Positions 28,524-40,112 are shown, counted from the first letter of the stretch. The stretch is DNA of 64,000 nucleotides from an uncultured Actinomycetes bacterium (GCA_903843225.1 CAIMOX010000016.1:39358-103357); one strand, 5' to 3'. Translations and numbers: made by a program. The notes: generated from the letters alone by a model not told the origin.

Positions 28524-30010
28524 AAGAAACTCTTCATCGAATTTGCCGCGGCAATCGCACCGAGTACGGCGGCTGCCTTATTTTGACACTCTAGATCTTC
28601 AGAGGTCGCAATCGAGTCTGCAACGATGCCAGCACCGGCTTGGACATAGGCAGTTCCATCTTTAATCACGGCGGTGCGAATCGCAATACATGAATCGATA
28701 TTTCCTTGAAAATCAAAGTATCCAATTGTTCCGCCATAGATACCTCGACGGAGTGGTTCTAATCGTTCGATTATCTCCATCGCGCGGGGCTTTGGTGCAC
28801 CCGAGAGCGTCCCTGCGGGAAATACCGCAAAGAGCGCATCTGCCGGTTTGGCACCCTTAGCCAATTTGCCGATCACTGTTGAGACGATATGCATCACATG
28901 TGAATATCGTTCGAGGTGCATAAATTCAACGACCTCAACGCTCCCCGGCTCGCACACTCGGCCAAGGTCATTACGACCAAGGTCAACAAGCATCAAATGT
29001 TCCGCACGCTCCTTGGGATCGGCGAGAAGTTCTTCACCATTTCGTTGATCCACTTCAGGATCTTGAGAGCGCGGGCGAGTACCAGCTATCGGGTGAACCA
29101 TCACCTCATCACCAGTGATCTTAACGAGCGCTTCGGGGCTTGATCCAACAATTTCTAAACCATCGTCAAATCGGAAGAGATACATATACGGGCTAGGGTT
29201 TCTTATGCGAAGCGCGCGGTAAATATCGAGAGCATCAGCTGTGACCTTCATAGCAAATCTTTGAGAGAGTACGACTTGAAATGCTTCGCCACTTCGAATC
29301 TCCTCCCGTATCTCCTCAACTTTTTCGCAATAAGAATCGGAGCTCATTGATCTTTCGAAAACCGGTTCTGACGCTGAAAGCGGTTCGATAATTTTTGAAG
29401 GCGTCGGAACTGAGAGTGCATGCATCATGGCATCTAGTCGATTCATAGAATCGACGTATGCCTCATCTACTCGGTCTGCTGAGCCATCCCAATTGATCGC
29501 ATTAGCAATCAAGGTGATAGATCCATTAAGGTGATCGAGAATTGCTAGGTCAGATGTCAGCATATAAGCAATCTCTGGAACCTTGAGATCTTCACGACCA
29601 AGTGAAGGGATCTTCTCCAACCTTCGAACAATCTCATAACTTGCATAGCCGACGAGGCCACCGGTCAATGGCGGCAAACCTGCAATCTTCGGACTCTTTA
29701 AATGCGCAGCGGTAATTTTGAGCGCCTCTAGCGGATCGAATCCAAATGGCACTCCTGCAGGGGCGCGACCAACCCATGTAGCAAGACCATTTACTTCAGT
29801 TAATGTGGCGAGATTATTGACACCAATAAATGAATATCGAGACCAGACTCCCCCATGCTCCGCCGATTCCAAAAGAAATGTTCCGGCACGATCTCTGGCT
29901 AATTTACTGTACACGGTCAATGGTGTCTCATGATCTGCGATGAAGGTTCGCCACACAGGTATGACATTGTGGGTGGTTGCATGAATTCGAAACTCTTCGA
30001 GAGTCATCAT
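28520..30010 (-). CDS. trpE: anthranilate synthase component I
   Basis: TrpE/chorismate-binding sequence (LLESAEHGG..., GGxIGYFD-type C-terminus). I place the start at ATG 30010 (MMTLEEF), 1 nt after the hisI stop. The longest ORF (30103) would overlap hisI by 92 nt. Confidence 0.93.
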   Translation of the reverse strand: MMTLEEFRIHATTHNVIPVWRTFIADHETPLTVYSKLARDRAGTFLLESAEHGGVWSRYSFIGVNNLATLTEVNGLATWVGRAPAGVPFGFDPLEALKITAAHLKSPKIAGLPPLTGGLVGYASYEIVRRLEKIPSLGREDLKVPEIAYMLTSDLAILDHLNGSITLIANAINWDGSADRVDEAYVDSMNRLDAMMHALSVPTPSKIIEPLSASEPVFERSMSSDSYCEKVEEIREEIRSGEAFQVVLSQRFAMKVTADALDIYRALRIRNPSPYMYLFRFDDGLEIVGSSPEALVKITGDEVMVHPIAGTRPRSQDPEVDQRNGEELLADPKERAEHLMLVDLGRNDLGRVCEPGSVEVVEFMHLERYSHVMHIVSTVIGKLAKGAKPADALFAVFPAGTLSGAPKPRAMEIIERLEPLRRGIYGGTIGYFDFQGNIDSCIAIRTAVIKDGTAYVQAGAGIVADSIATSEDLECQNKAAAVLGAIAAANSMKSFL

Positions 30011-30011
30011 G

Positions 30012-30347
30012 TTAAAGCTTAATCTCGCGAGCGAAGCATGATCGAGTACCGGTGTGGCACGCTGCCCCGGTCTGCTCAACTTTGAGCAGTAGCGCATCGC
30101 CATCGCAGTCGTATGAAATATCGCAAAGTCTCTGGGTATGTCCAGAGCTCGCGCCTTTCATCCATAACTCATTGCGCGAGCGGCTCCAATAGGTGACTTG
30201 CAAAGTGTCAAGCGTTAATTGCAAAGCATTGCGGTTCATCCACGCAAGCATCAATACCTGCGAACTCTCGCAATCCTGCGCGATCGCGGCGACGAGCTCT
30301 CCACGATTAAATATCGCTTCAACCTCAAGAGGGATCTGGTGGACCAT
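30012..30347 (-). CDS. hisI: phosphoribosyl-AMP cyclohydrolase (monofunctional)
   Basis: 111 aa HisI-like (YWSRSRNELWMKGASSGH...CDGDALL..V...G.ACHTG). Confidence 0.92.
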   Translation of the reverse strand: MVHQIPLEVEAIFNRGELVAAIAQDCESSQVLMLAWMNRNALQLTLDTLQVTYWSRSRNELWMKGASSGHTQRLCDISYDCDGDALLLKVEQTGAACHTGTRSCFAREIKL

Positions 30348-30371
30348 GCCCTTATTCTGCCGTACCGAAGG

Positions 30372-31130
30372 CTAGAGGCGAATCGAATATCCCTCGTTGA
30401 TCAGCTCAGCTTTAACCTCACCTATGGTGAATCTCCCAAAATGAAAGACGCTCGCCGCCAACAGGGCATCGGCGCCAGCCTCAAGGGCTCGTCCAAAATC
30501 TTCTAGCTTTCCGGCCCCTCCACTTGCTATGACAGGAATATCGCAGATATCCCGAACGTCTCTAATCATCTCAAGGTCATACCCAGAAGCTGTTCCATCG
30601 AAATCCATTGAATTCAAGAGGATCTCGCCTGCGCCTCGTGCGATCACTTCTTCAACCCACGCCAATGCATCGATTCCAGTACTTGTCTTGCCACCATGCG
30701 TTGTAACTTCGTACCCCGACGGTGTCGCCGCTCTTTTGGCATCAACGCTCATGACCAAAACCTGATTACCGAATCGATCTGAAATCTCATTGATCAATGT
30801 CGGGTTGCGAATAGCGGCAGTATTAATCGAAATTTTATCCGCACCAGCTCTCAGGAGCGCATTTACATCATCCACCTGGCGAATACCGCCTCCGACGGTT
30901 AAGGGGATAAAAAGTTGATCAGCCGTCCGTTCAACCATCGTGAGCGTTGTCGATCGGTCTTCATTCGAAGCAGAAATATCCAAGAATGTTAACTCATCCG
31001 CCCCGGCATCACCGTAGCGTTTGGCAAGTTCGACCGGATCACCAGCATCACGCAAATTTTGAAAGTTCACGCCTTTAACTACTCGCCCACCTGCGACATC
31101 AAGGCAAGGAATTATTCGCTTTGTAAGCAT
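30372..31130 (-). CDS. hisF: imidazole glycerol phosphate synthase cyclase subunit
   Basis: 252 aa, [12 protein letters not shown]-terminus, (beta/alpha)8 HisF pattern. Confidence 0.95.
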   Translation of the reverse strand: MLTKRIIPCLDVAGGRVVKGVNFQNLRDAGDPVELAKRYGDAGADELTFLDISASNEDRSTTLTMVERTADQLFIPLTVGGGIRQVDDVNALLRAGADKISINTAAIRNPTLINEISDRFGNQVLVMSVDAKRAATPSGYEVTTHGGKTSTGIDALAWVEEVIARGAGEILLNSMDFDGTASGYDLEMIRDVRDICDIPVIASGGAGKLEDFGRALEAGADALLAASVFHFGRFTIGEVKAELINEGYSIRL

Positions 31131-31867
31131 TATCTACACACTTCGATCGCTTCACCCAGAGTAAAGGCACCTGCATAGAGAGCCTTTCCGACTATCGCAC
31201 CCTCAACTCCAATATCGCGCAGCGACTTGATGGCAACTAAATCGTCAAGTGTAGAAACACCACCACTTGCAACGATCGGTTTCTTAGTTGCGGCGCATAC
31301 CTCTTTGAGCAAATATAAATTTGGCCCGGTGAGTGTTCCGTCCTTTGCTACATCTGTCACGATATAACGAGAACAACCATCTCGATCTAAACGTTCGATA
31401 GTTTCGAAGAGATCTCCGCCTTCTCGCGTCCAACCGCGTGCAGCTAACGTGTGGCCGCGCACATCTAACCCGACAGCGATTCGCTCACCAAACTCCGAGA
31501 TGACTTTAGCCGTCCATTCTGGGTTCTCGAGCGCTGCAGTTCCGAGATTGACACGTTCGCAGCCAGTTGCGAGTGCGCGTCGAAGAGATTCATCATCGCG
31601 AATTCCACCTGATAGCTCAACACGTAGATTCACACTCTTGATCACCACTTCAAGGAGGGCAGCATTACTTCCGGTTCCAAAAGCTGCATCGAGATCGACA
31701 AGATGGATCCACTCAGCACCTGCCGCCAAAAATTCTTGAGCAACTTCACGAGGATCGCCATACTGGCTCTGCGCAGACAATTCACCTTGTACGAGTCGGA
31801 CGGCTTTGCCATCCTTTACGTCAATCGCTGGTAGAAGTTCTAGTCCCATTGCGCCTCCCGAAGTCAT
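31130..31867 (-). CDS. priA: ProFAR isomerase, probably the bifunctional HisA/TrpF (PriA) type
   Basis: HisA-like ([18 protein letters not shown]). Start placed at ATG 31867, forming an ATGA overlap with the hisH stop. The PriA call is inferred from the actinobacterial context and the absence of trpF in the adjacent trp cluster. Confidence 0.85.
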   Translation of the reverse strand: MTSGGAMGLELLPAIDVKDGKAVRLVQGELSAQSQYGDPREVAQEFLAAGAEWIHLVDLDAAFGTGSNAALLEVVIKSVNLRVELSGGIRDDESLRRALATGCERVNLGTAALENPEWTAKVISEFGERIAVGLDVRGHTLAARGWTREGGDLFETIERLDRDGCSRYIVTDVAKDGTLTGPNLYLLKEVCAATKKPIVASGGVSTLDDLVAIKSLRDIGVEGAIVGKALYAGAFTLGEAIEVCR

Positions 31868-32475
31868 AAGGTCTCCACCCAATTCTTGATAAGTCTTTCG
31901 CCAGCCTTCCCGCTCTTCTCCGGGTGAAACTGCGTAGCGCTGATATGACCAGATTCAATCGCAGAGAGGAATCTCTCACCATATTCGGTGTAGGTGTTTC
32001 GCGACGCATCTGATTGAGCGGAATGAGGACGCTGCGTAACGGCATAGGAGTGCACAAAATAAAACGACTCTTTTTCAATTCCCGCAAAGAGTTTGCTCTC
32101 CTTGGCTGGCTCCACGGAGTTCCAACCAATGTGAGGTAGCACTGGTGCTCTTAATCGTGATACCTGTCCATCCAATACGCCGACACCTTTGTGATCACCT
32201 TTTTCGGTGCCAGAGTCGAAGAGAATCTGCATACCTACACAGATTCCTAAAATCGCCATTCCAGATTCGACTCGTCTGCGGATAATCTCATGACCATTAA
32301 TTGCAACCAATTGCTCCATACACGCTGCAAATGCGCCGACACCTGGAACCACCAACCCATCGGCAGCGAGTGCAACATCGATTTTGTCGGTTACTAGAAC
32401 CTCATGGTCGGTTAATTCAAAAGCTCGTTGGGCTGAGCGCAGATTCCCCGAACCGTAATCCAGAATCGCAATCAA
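31864..32475 (-). CDS. hisH: imidazole glycerol phosphate synthase glutaminase subunit
   Basis: 203 aa with [12 protein letters not shown] and catalytic Cys in GICVGMQIL. Confidence 0.95.
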   Translation of the reverse strand: MIAILDYGSGNLRSAQRAFELTDHEVLVTDKIDVALAADGLVVPGVGAFAACMEQLVAINGHEIIRRRVESGMAILGICVGMQILFDSGTEKGDHKGVGVLDGQVSRLRAPVLPHIGWNSVEPAKESKLFAGIEKESFYFVHSYAVTQRPHSAQSDASRNTYTEYGERFLSAIESGHISATQFHPEKSGKAGERLIKNWVETL

Positions 32476-33059
32476 AGAGTTCCCTTAGTTGATGGAATAC
32501 CTGCGACCCCATCACGTGAAACCGCATCACGAAATGCGCGTGCTACCGCTTTGAACTGTGCTTCGAAGACGTGATGTGCATTGCGCCCTTCGAGGACTCG
32601 AATATGTAATGCAATGCGTGCCTCGGCAATAATTGACTCCCAGATATGGCGACCAAGGGTCGTATCGAATGTTCCGATCAACTCTACGATCTCAGGTTGG
32701 CGGTGAACCAAATATGGACGGCCTGAAAGATCCACTGCAGCGGTGACAAGTACTTCATCGAGCGGAACGGTCGCATCGCCAAAGCGGCGAATCCCTGCTT
32801 TGTCCCCAAGCGCTTCCCTCAGTGCTTGCCCAAAAGCGAGAGAGGTATCTTCGACGGTATGGTGAGAGTCGACATCGACATCACCCACGGTAAGAACTGT
32901 GAGGTCAAATCCTGAGTGCTTGCCAAGTTGAGAGAGCATGTGGTCAAAGAACGGGACTCCTGTTTCCACATTAATGATGCCGGTTCCATCGAGATTGAGC
33001 TCAACACTGACACGCGACTCTTTAGTCTCGCGGACTACCTTAGCTATTCTTGGATTCAT
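32472..33059 (-). CDS. hisB: imidazoleglycerol-phosphate dehydratase
   Basis: 195 aa with IGPD motifs ([18 protein letters not shown]). Confidence 0.95.
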   Translation of the reverse strand: MNPRIAKVVRETKESRVSVELNLDGTGIINVETGVPFFDHMLSQLGKHSGFDLTVLTVGDVDVDSHHTVEDTSLAFGQALREALGDKAGIRRFGDATVPLDEVLVTAAVDLSGRPYLVHRQPEIVELIGTFDTTLGRHIWESIIAEARIALHIRVLEGRNAHHVFEAQFKAVARAFRDAVSRDGVAGIPSTKGTL

Positions 33060-33097
33060 CGCGATTTATCTCCCTCGGTAACCTTCGATCTAGACAT

Positions 33098-34219
33098 CTA
33101 GTATGACGCAATCTCGTGCATCGCTGCGATAAATGCATCGTTCTCGTTGCGAGTTCCTACCGTGACACGGAGGTATCCCTCTAACGAAATATCTCGGATC
33201 AGGACTCCCCGGTCTAGGAAGGTTTGCCAAAGATCCTGGCTCACTCCCGAAAATCCAGTGAAGAGGATGAAATTCGCAGAACTCGGGATTGCCTTCCAGC
33301 CATTGAGGTTGATAGCAGCGCTTACGCGTTCGCGTTCTTCCCTGATTTCATCGAGCCCAGATTGCAGAAGATCGGCGCACTCAATCGCAGTTTCGGCAGC
33401 TGCTTGTGTAAGAGCGCTCAAGTGGTACGGCAATCGAGTCACAAGCATGGCATCAATGACACTGGGATGCGCTACCAAATATCCAACTCGTGCGCCAGCA
33501 AAAGCGAAGGCCTTACTCATGGTTCTGCTTACGACAACGTTTGGGTTGCGTACGATTAAGGTGACTGCAGAATCTTCTGAGGAGAATTCACCATAGGCCT
33601 CGTCTACAACGAGCAGAGCACCAACCTCTGCCGACGCACGCGCTAGAACTTCGATATCTGCGATCGACGTTGAGGTACCCGATGGATTATTTGGAGTTGT
33701 CAGAAAAACCAATCGTGGCTTGACTTCGCGAATACCCGAAGCCGCGCCTTCGCTATGAATTTTAAAGTCAGAATCGCGACTACCAGCAATCCAACTGGTA
33801 CCTGTGATGTTTGCGATCATCGGATGGACGGAGTACGAAGGCGTGAATCCAATTGCAGTGCGATTACTTCCTCCGAAGGCAAGGAAGAGGGTCTGTAGAA
33901 TTTCGTTACTGCCATTGGCAGCCCAGATATTTCGGCTATCAAAACGCTCGTGAGAAAGTTGATTGATGTACGCGGCAAGTTTTGTACGCAGTTGGATTGC
34001 ATCTCGGTCCGGATAGCGATTGAGATCAGTTGAAATTTCTGCAATGCGATCCATGATCCGATCTCGAACTTCAGAGGGCAATGGGTGCGGGTTTTCATTT
34101 GTGTTCAGGGAGATCACATGTGGAATTTGTGGGGCTCCGTAAGGCGATGAGCCACGAAGATTCTCTCGCAGCGGTAACCACTGTGGCCACGTGCGGCCAG
34201 CATCATTCTCGTTACTCAT
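33098..34219 (-). CDS. hisC: histidinol-phosphate aminotransferase
   Basis: 373 aa with LNTNENP and the PLP-lysine region SRTMSKAFAFAGARVGY. Confidence 0.93.
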   Translation of the reverse strand: MSNENDAGRTWPQWLPLRENLRGSSPYGAPQIPHVISLNTNENPHPLPSEVRDRIMDRIAEISTDLNRYPDRDAIQLRTKLAAYINQLSHERFDSRNIWAANGSNEILQTLFLAFGGSNRTAIGFTPSYSVHPMIANITGTSWIAGSRDSDFKIHSEGAASGIREVKPRLVFLTTPNNPSGTSTSIADIEVLARASAEVGALLVVDEAYGEFSSEDSAVTLIVRNPNVVVSRTMSKAFAFAGARVGYLVAHPSVIDAMLVTRLPYHLSALTQAAAETAIECADLLQSGLDEIREERERVSAAINLNGWKAIPSSANFILFTGFSGVSQDLWQTFLDRGVLIRDISLEGYLRVTVGTRNENDAFIAAMHEIASY

Positions 34220-35553
34220 TACTCACCCGATCCATTCTCAAGGTTTGTCAGCCTTACGGCGATCGCCTCGCCATGTGATGGTAGGTCCTCGGCGTTAGCT
34301 AAGGTGATGACATTTGCTGCGATCTCGCGAAAAGCTACTTCGCCATATTCAATAAAACTAACTCCGCGCAGAAAGCTCTGAACCGATAATCCACTTGAGT
34401 GACACGCACAGCCACCAGTAGGTAGCACATGGTTTGAGCCGGCCGAGTAGTCACCGAGCGACACTGGCGAGAATCTACCTAAAAATACCGCACCTGCATT
34501 GCGAATCGCAGACGCGATCGCTCTCGGATCCCTCACCATTAATTCAAGGTGCTCCGCTGCATATGCGTTTACAACATCTACTCCTTGTTCGAGTGATTCG
34601 ACCAAGACAATTGCAGATTGCACGCCACTTAGCGCTGTTCGAATTCTTTCAGAATGCTTTGCGCTCTCAATCTGATTCGCTAATTCGCGCTCTACCTGAA
34701 TACCTAACTCTTCCGAGGTTGTTACTAAGACTGCAGCGGCTATCGTGTCGTGCTCTGCTTGGCTAATAAGGTCGGCAGCTACTTCGCTAGCAATCGCACT
34801 CTCATCTGCAAGAATCGCGATCTCTGTCGGACCAGCCTCTGAGTCGATACCAATCAAACCTCGAAGCGCGCGCTTTGCGGCAGCGACGTAAATATTCCCA
34901 GGACCAGTGACAATGTTGACTCTTTCACAGAGGCCCTCAACTCCATAGGCAAACATTGCAATTGCTTGAGCGCCGCCTATTGCATAGACCTCATCTACTC
35001 CAAGAAGCGCACAGGTTGCAAGAATCGTTGGGTGCGGATATCCGCCATTCTCTCTTTGTGGTGGCGATGCAACCGCGATACTCGCTACTCGAGCGATCTG
35101 TGCCGGTATTACATTCATCATGACTGAACTTGGATAGACCGCGCGTCCACCGGGGACATAGAGACCGACTCGGTCAACCGGAATCAATCGGTGCTCAACA
35201 ACTCCACCATCAACAACGTGGGTCTCAATGCTCTCTCGCACTTGGGCCGAGTGAACCTTAATAACTCGAAGGATTGCCTCTTCTAAGGCGCTGCGAATCT
35301 TTGGGTCAAGCGAATTCAACGCTTCTTCAATAACAGATGCTGGCACTCGAATAGAAGCTGGTGCGATTCCATCAAAACGTTCACCTAGAGCTATGAGATC
35401 GCTCTCATCACCATTCTTCACCTGCTCAAGGATGGGTTCGATCGCAGCCATTGCAGTGGTGATATCGAGGACCGCGCGCGGTAATTCCATCCGGTACTGA
35501 GATTGAGAGCGCGTGCTTGCTCGCAGATCGAGCGTGCGAATCAATGGCGCCAT
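34219..35553 (-). CDS. hisD: histidinol dehydrogenase
   Basis: 444 aa HisD-like ([26 protein letters not shown]). Confidence 0.94.
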   Translation of the reverse strand: MAPLIRTLDLRASTRSQSQYRMELPRAVLDITTAMAAIEPILEQVKNGDESDLIALGERFDGIAPASIRVPASVIEEALNSLDPKIRSALEEAILRVIKVHSAQVRESIETHVVDGGVVEHRLIPVDRVGLYVPGGRAVYPSSVMMNVIPAQIARVASIAVASPPQRENGGYPHPTILATCALLGVDEVYAIGGAQAIAMFAYGVEGLCERVNIVTGPGNIYVAAAKRALRGLIGIDSEAGPTEIAILADESAIASEVAADLISQAEHDTIAAAVLVTTSEELGIQVERELANQIESAKHSERIRTALSGVQSAIVLVESLEQGVDVVNAYAAEHLELMVRDPRAIASAIRNAGAVFLGRFSPVSLGDYSAGSNHVLPTGGCACHSSGLSVQSFLRGVSFIEYGEVAFREIAANVITLANAEDLPSHGEAIAVRLTNLENGSGE

Positions 35554-35612
35554 GAGATGATTCTAGAGGTTGGCTCGCTACCTTCGCTCTCGAATACCCG
35601 AGAGTGACCCAC

Positions 35613-38600
35613 CTAACTCACTAAACAGTCGGCCCCTAAGATCTGTTTGAGATCGGCTGAAAGGCTCGGCGATGAGGTGACCCTAAGTGAATCATCGATC
35701 TTCATCATAACTCCACCTTTTCCATTCTCTAGCTTGAGGTGCACTTCGCGATTTCCGGGATGCGATCGCAGGATCTCTTTCATGCGCTCGACCAGCGGCG
35801 GGGTTACACGAACTGAATCAATGGTGATCACTACTGGGCCAGTTGGTGCGGCGCTGACATCGGGCATCGACATATCTAGAGCGGTGATGCGGGCGTTCTC
35901 TTCACGGCGATCGATACGGCCGCGTATGACAACAACGCGATCCTCTACAAGATTGAGCGCATGAGTTGTGTAGGTGTTGGCAAAGAACATCACATCAGCG
36001 GAGCCTTCGAGATCTTCAATGGTAACAATCGCCCATGAATTGCCCTGCTTGGAAACTTTCCGTTGCACACCGGTAATGAGGCCACCTATCGAAACGATCG
36101 CTTCATGCCCAATCGAGTCATCAGCGAGTGCAGAGATCGGCATATCAACTGCGGCGCGAAGAATGTGCTCAACTCCAAAGAGTGGATGATCTGAAACGTA
36201 GAGCCCCAACATCTCGCGCTCGTAGGTAAGTAGGAGCGACTTATCCCACTCCTCACGCGGAATTTCTACTTCAACATTGGTGACGGCGGAGCCAGAATCA
36301 GGAGACGATCCGAAGAGGTCGTATTGACCGATAGATTCTGCGCGCTTGCTCTCCATCACGGAATCGATTGCGCTCAAGTAGATCATCATGAGACCGCGAC
36401 GTGAGTGGCCGAGCGAGTCGAAAGCTCCAGCTTTAATAAGAGATTCAATCGTCTTCTTATTGCATACTTGTTGATCTACCTTTGCTAGAAAATCTCCAAA
36501 GGATGTATATCGACCCTTCTCTTTTCGAGCAGCAACAATTGAGGCGGTGACATTCTCGCCGACGTTTCGGATCGCGCTGAGGCCAAATCGAACATCACCG
36601 CCACGTGGTGTGTAATCAGATTCTGATTCATTGACATCAGGAGCAAGTACCTTGATTCCCATCCGACGACATTCGCTGAGGTAGAGCGCGCTCTTATCCT
36701 TGTCATCGCGTACAGATGTGAGAAGGGCGGCCATGTACTCGGTGGGGTAATTAGCTTTGAGGTAAGCAGTCCAGAATGAAACCACGCCATACCCAGCACT
36801 ATGTGCCCGGTTGAAGGCATAGTCCGCAAAGGGAATCAGAGTCTCCCAAAGCTTTGAGATCGCACCCTTTGAGAATCCGTTCTCCACCATGCCAGCTTCA
36901 AAATTAACGAACTCCTTATCAAGGATCTCCTTCTGCTTCTTACCCATCGCCTTACGCAAGAGGTCTGCGCGACCCAGTGAGAACCCGGCAACTTTTTGCG
37001 CGATCGCCATTACTTGCTCTTGATAGACAATCAAGCCGTAGGTATTACCTAAAATATCAGCGAGGGGTTCAGAAAGTTCGGGATGGATTGCGACTACTGG
37101 CTTACGCTTATTTTTGCGATCGGCGTAATCGTTATGTGCGTTCACGCCCATTGGACCTGGTCGATAAAGCGCAATCACAGCAGAGATATCTTCAAATGAG
37201 TCCGGGGCCATCTGCCGCAGCAGTGCCCGCATAGGGCCACCATCAAGCTGGAAGACACCGAGCGTATCTCCGCGACCAAGGAGTTCAAAGGTTCGTTGAT
37301 CTGAAAGTTCTAAATCTTCGAGGGTGAGATCGATATTTTGATTCGCTTTAATATTTAAGAGCGCTTCATCAAGAACAGAGAGGTTGCGTAGCCCCAAGAA
37401 ATCCATCTTGAGTAGGCCAATGGCCTCACAGGCACCCATATCAAATTGAGTAATAATTGCGCCATCACTCTCACGGCGATGGATTGGAATCACGTCAAGG
37501 AGCGGGTACTTACTTAAGATCACACCGGCAGCATGAACACCAGATTGGCGCTTGAGACCTTCAAGACCACGAGCGGTATCAACTATTCGCTTTGAATCGG
37601 GATCGGTCTCGTAGAGAGTTCGGAACTCCCCCGCTTCGCCATAGCGATCATCCTTAGGATTAAATATTCCAGAGAGGGTGATGTCCTTGCCCATAACTGT
37701 GGGCGGTAGCGCCTTAGTAAGACGTTCACCTAGGGCATAGGGATAACCTAAGACTCTCGTGGAATCTTTTAACGCTTGTTTCGATTTAATATTTGAATAT
37801 GTGATGATCTGAGCGACACGATCTTCACCGTACTTCTCTGTTGCATATGCGATCATCTCGCTTCGACGACGCTCATCGAAGTCCAGATCGATATCTGGCA
37901 TAGAGATACGTTCTGGATTTAAGAATCGCTCAAAGAGTAGCCCGTGACGAATTGGATCGAGTTGAGTGATTCCGAGTGCGTAGGAGACGAGTGATCCTGC
38001 AGCTGACCCACGACCTGGACCGACGCGAATTCCTACCTCGCGCGCATGTTCACAGAGGTCTGCCACCACAAGGAAGTAGCCAGGAAAACCCATCGAAATC
38101 ATCGTATCGAGTTCGTAATCAAGACGCGCTTGGTACTCGGCCGGTAGTTCTCCGCCTAGAAGAGCCTTCATTCCTTGGGTAGCGAGTTTTCGAAGCCATG
38201 AATCTTCACTCTCGCCAGCTGGAACTGTAAATTGCGGAAGGAGATTTTCGTGCTCGCGCATCGTCGTGTTGCAACGCTCGGCGATTAGTAGTGTGTTGTC
38301 GCAAGCACCCTCAAGTTCACTAAAGGCTGATCGCATCTGCCCCGCGGTCTTGAGATAGAACTCATCGTTATCAAATTTAAATCGCTTGGGATCGGCGATC
38401 GTAGATCCAGATTGAACACAGAGGAGAGCTTCGTGGGCTCCTGCATCTTCATGTTTTGTGTAATGGAGATCGTTCGTTGCCAGCAATGGTAGGCCAAGAT
38501 CTTTACCCAACTTGAGAAGATCTGCCTTCACACGAGTTTCGATTTCGATTCCGTGGTCCATCACTTCAAGGAAGAAATTCTCCTTACCGAAGATATCTCG

Positions 38601-39122
38601 AAGTTCACTCGCCGCCTGGCGGGCTTCCTTATAAGCGCCCATACGAAGACGAGTCTGCACTTCTCCACCCGGGCAACCAGTTGTTGCGATTATTCCTTTG
38701 GCGTATTTCGAAAGTAATTCGCGATCCATGCGAGGCTTGTAATAGAAGCCTTCTAGGGAAGCAAGAGAAGATAACTTGAAGAGATTTCCAAGGCCCTCAT
38801 TATTTTCGGCAAGCAGTGTCATGTGGGTATAGGCACCGCCACCGGATACATCATCTTCGCCGCCATCGGCCCATTTCACACGGCTCTTGTTGAACCGTGA
38901 ATCAGGTGCGACGTAGGCTTCAATACCAATAATCGGTTTAACACCAGCCTTTAAAGCTTGTTTATTAAATTCGTAAGCACCAAAGACATTGCCGTGATCA
39001 GTAATCGCAATCGCCGGCATCTCAAGCCGGGCAACTTCGTTGACGAGCTCCTCAACGCGTGCCGCTCCGTCGAGCATCGAGTACTCGGTATGTACGTGGA
39101 GGTGTACGAAATTATCTGACAC
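35613..39122 (-). CDS. dnaE: DNA polymerase III alpha subunit
   Basis: 1169 aa. PHP domain FVHLHVHTEYSMLDGA, followed by polymerase core and OB domain. Confidence 0.97.
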   Translation of the reverse strand: MSDNFVHLHVHTEYSMLDGAARVEELVNEVARLEMPAIAITDHGNVFGAYEFNKQALKAGVKPIIGIEAYVAPDSRFNKSRVKWADGGEDDVSGGGAYTHMTLLAENNEGLGNLFKLSSLASLEGFYYKPRMDRELLSKYAKGIIATTGCPGGEVQTRLRMGAYKEARQAASELRDIFGKENFFLEVMDHGIEIETRVKADLLKLGKDLGLPLLATNDLHYTKHEDAGAHEALLCVQSGSTIADPKRFKFDNDEFYLKTAGQMRSAFSELEGACDNTLLIAERCNTTMREHENLLPQFTVPAGESEDSWLRKLATQGMKALLGGELPAEYQARLDYELDTMISMGFPGYFLVVADLCEHAREVGIRVGPGRGSAAGSLVSYALGITQLDPIRHGLLFERFLNPERISMPDIDLDFDERRRSEMIAYATEKYGEDRVAQIITYSNIKSKQALKDSTRVLGYPYALGERLTKALPPTVMGKDITLSGIFNPKDDRYGEAGEFRTLYETDPDSKRIVDTARGLEGLKRQSGVHAAGVILSKYPLLDVIPIHRRESDGAIITQFDMGACEAIGLLKMDFLGLRNLSVLDEALLNIKANQNIDLTLEDLELSDQRTFELLGRGDTLGVFQLDGGPMRALLRQMAPDSFEDISAVIALYRPGPMGVNAHNDYADRKNKRKPVVAIHPELSEPLADILGNTYGLIVYQEQVMAIAQKVAGFSLGRADLLRKAMGKKQKEILDKEFVNFEAGMVENGFSKGAISKLWETLIPFADYAFNRAHSAGYGVVSFWTAYLKANYPTEYMAALLTSVRDDKDKSALYLSECRRMGIKVLAPDVNESESDYTPRGGDVRFGLSAIRNVGENVTASIVAARKEKGRYTSFGDFLAKVDQQVCNKKTIESLIKAGAFDSLGHSRRGLMMIYLSAIDSVMESKRAESIGQYDLFGSSPDSGSAVTNVEVEIPREEWDKSLLLTYEREMLGLYVSDHPLFGVEHILRAAVDMPISALADDSIGHEAIVSIGGLITGVQRKVSKQGNSWAIVTIEDLEGSADVMFFANTYTTHALNLVEDRVVVIRGRIDRREENARITALDMSMPDVSAAPTGPVVITIDSVRVTPPLVERMKEILRSHPGNREVHLKLENGKGGVMMKIDDSLRVTSSPSLSADLKQILGADCLVS

Positions 39123-39146
39123 GGTTGGTGAGATTACTACTGTGGG

Positions 39147-40112
39147 CTAGTCGCGCTCTTGATTGGACTCAAGCAAGGCCAAGGCGCGTCTTAGATCGTC
39201 GGGGTATTCCGAGGTGAAGTGAAGGCTCTCCCCGGTAATTGGATGTGTCAATGTGAGTTCGCGCGCATGGAGCCATGGTCGATTCATCTGAAGTCGGTCG
39301 GCGATCGTGTGATCTGCTCCATAGGTGAGGTCGCCCACCAATGGATGGTGTAGCGCCGAGAAATGAACTCGGATCTGATGCGTGCGGCCGGTCTCAAGTT
39401 CAATCTCTAGGAGTGTTACGGCACGAAAATATTCGAGCGCCTTGTAGTGGGTGATGCTTGGCTTGCCATCTGCGACAACGGCAAAGCGGTAATCCTCTTT
39501 CGGATGTCGATCAATCGGTGCATCGATCGTTCCTTCAGTCGGATCCATATGGCCTTGCACTAGGGAGTGATAAACCTTGCCCACAGTTCGATCTCTAAAT
39601 TGATCCTTGAGATGGGAGTAAGAAATTTCATCCTTAGCGACAACCATCAACCCGGTGGTGCCAACGTCGAGACGATGAACAATCCCCTGACGCTCTGCCG
39701 CGCCGCTCGTCGAAACGTTGTAGCCAGCGGCGATAATTGCACCAATAACAGTGGGGCCAGTCCATCCTGGACTTGGATGAGCAGCAACACCGGCAGGCTT
39801 ATCAATCACAATGATGTGATCATCGTTGTAGACAACGTTGAGGCCTTCAATCGGAGTAGGAGTCAGGGTTGGTTCGCCCTTGGGTGCCGGCATCAAAATT
39901 TCAACGAGATCACCACTCAATACTTTCTCGGACTTACCAAGAGGTTTACCTTTTCGGGATACCTCACCTGCTTCAAGCATCCCAACAACAACTGAACGAG
40001 ATAGCCCTAAGAGCCGAGCAAGGGCCGCATCTACGCGCTCTTGATCCAGGCCTTCGGGTATTGATAAGACCTTTAATTCGCGATCACTCATTCTCGTTAT
40101 CCATCTGATCAT
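39147..40112 (-). CDS. rluD: RluA/RluD-family 23S rRNA pseudouridine synthase
   Basis: S4-like N-terminus and catalytic HRLDVGTTGLMV. Alternative start ATG 40091 (MSDRELK) avoids overlap with lspA. Confidence 0.9.
   Translation of the reverse strand: MIRWITRMSDRELKVLSIPEGLDQERVDAALARLLGLSRSVVVGMLEAGEVSRKGKPLGKSEKVLSGDLVEILMPAPKGEPTLTPTPIEGLNVVYNDDHIIVIDKPAGVAAHPSPGWTGPTVIGAIIAAGYNVSTSGAAERQGIVHRLDVGTTGLMVVAKDEISYSHLKDQFRDRTVGKVYHSLVQGHMDPTEGTIDAPIDRHPKEDYRFAVVADGKPSITHYKALEYFRAVTLLEIELETGRTHQIRVHFSALHHPLVGDLTYGADHTIADRLQMNRPWLHARELTLTHPITGESLHFTSEYPDDLRRALALLESNQERD

Noticed and set aside
28520-30103. N-terminal extensions from longest-ORF calls: trpE overlapping hisI by 92 nt, livK to 14258, MauE/DoxX to 25616, mraZ to 61784, priA to 31882 and uvrB to 2857.
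   Set aside because: The extensions lack family-typical sequence. Internal starts coincide with canonical N-termini (MFLGTHEP for MraZ, a signal peptide for LivK) and with 4-nt stop/start overlaps or SD sequences.
35587-35604. CTCTCG-N6-CGAGAG hairpin 9 nt after the dnaE stop, as a possible dnaE terminator or his-operon attenuator.
   Set aside because: It has only a 6-bp stem, no U-tract and no His-rich leader peptide in the 59-nt gap, so support is insufficient.
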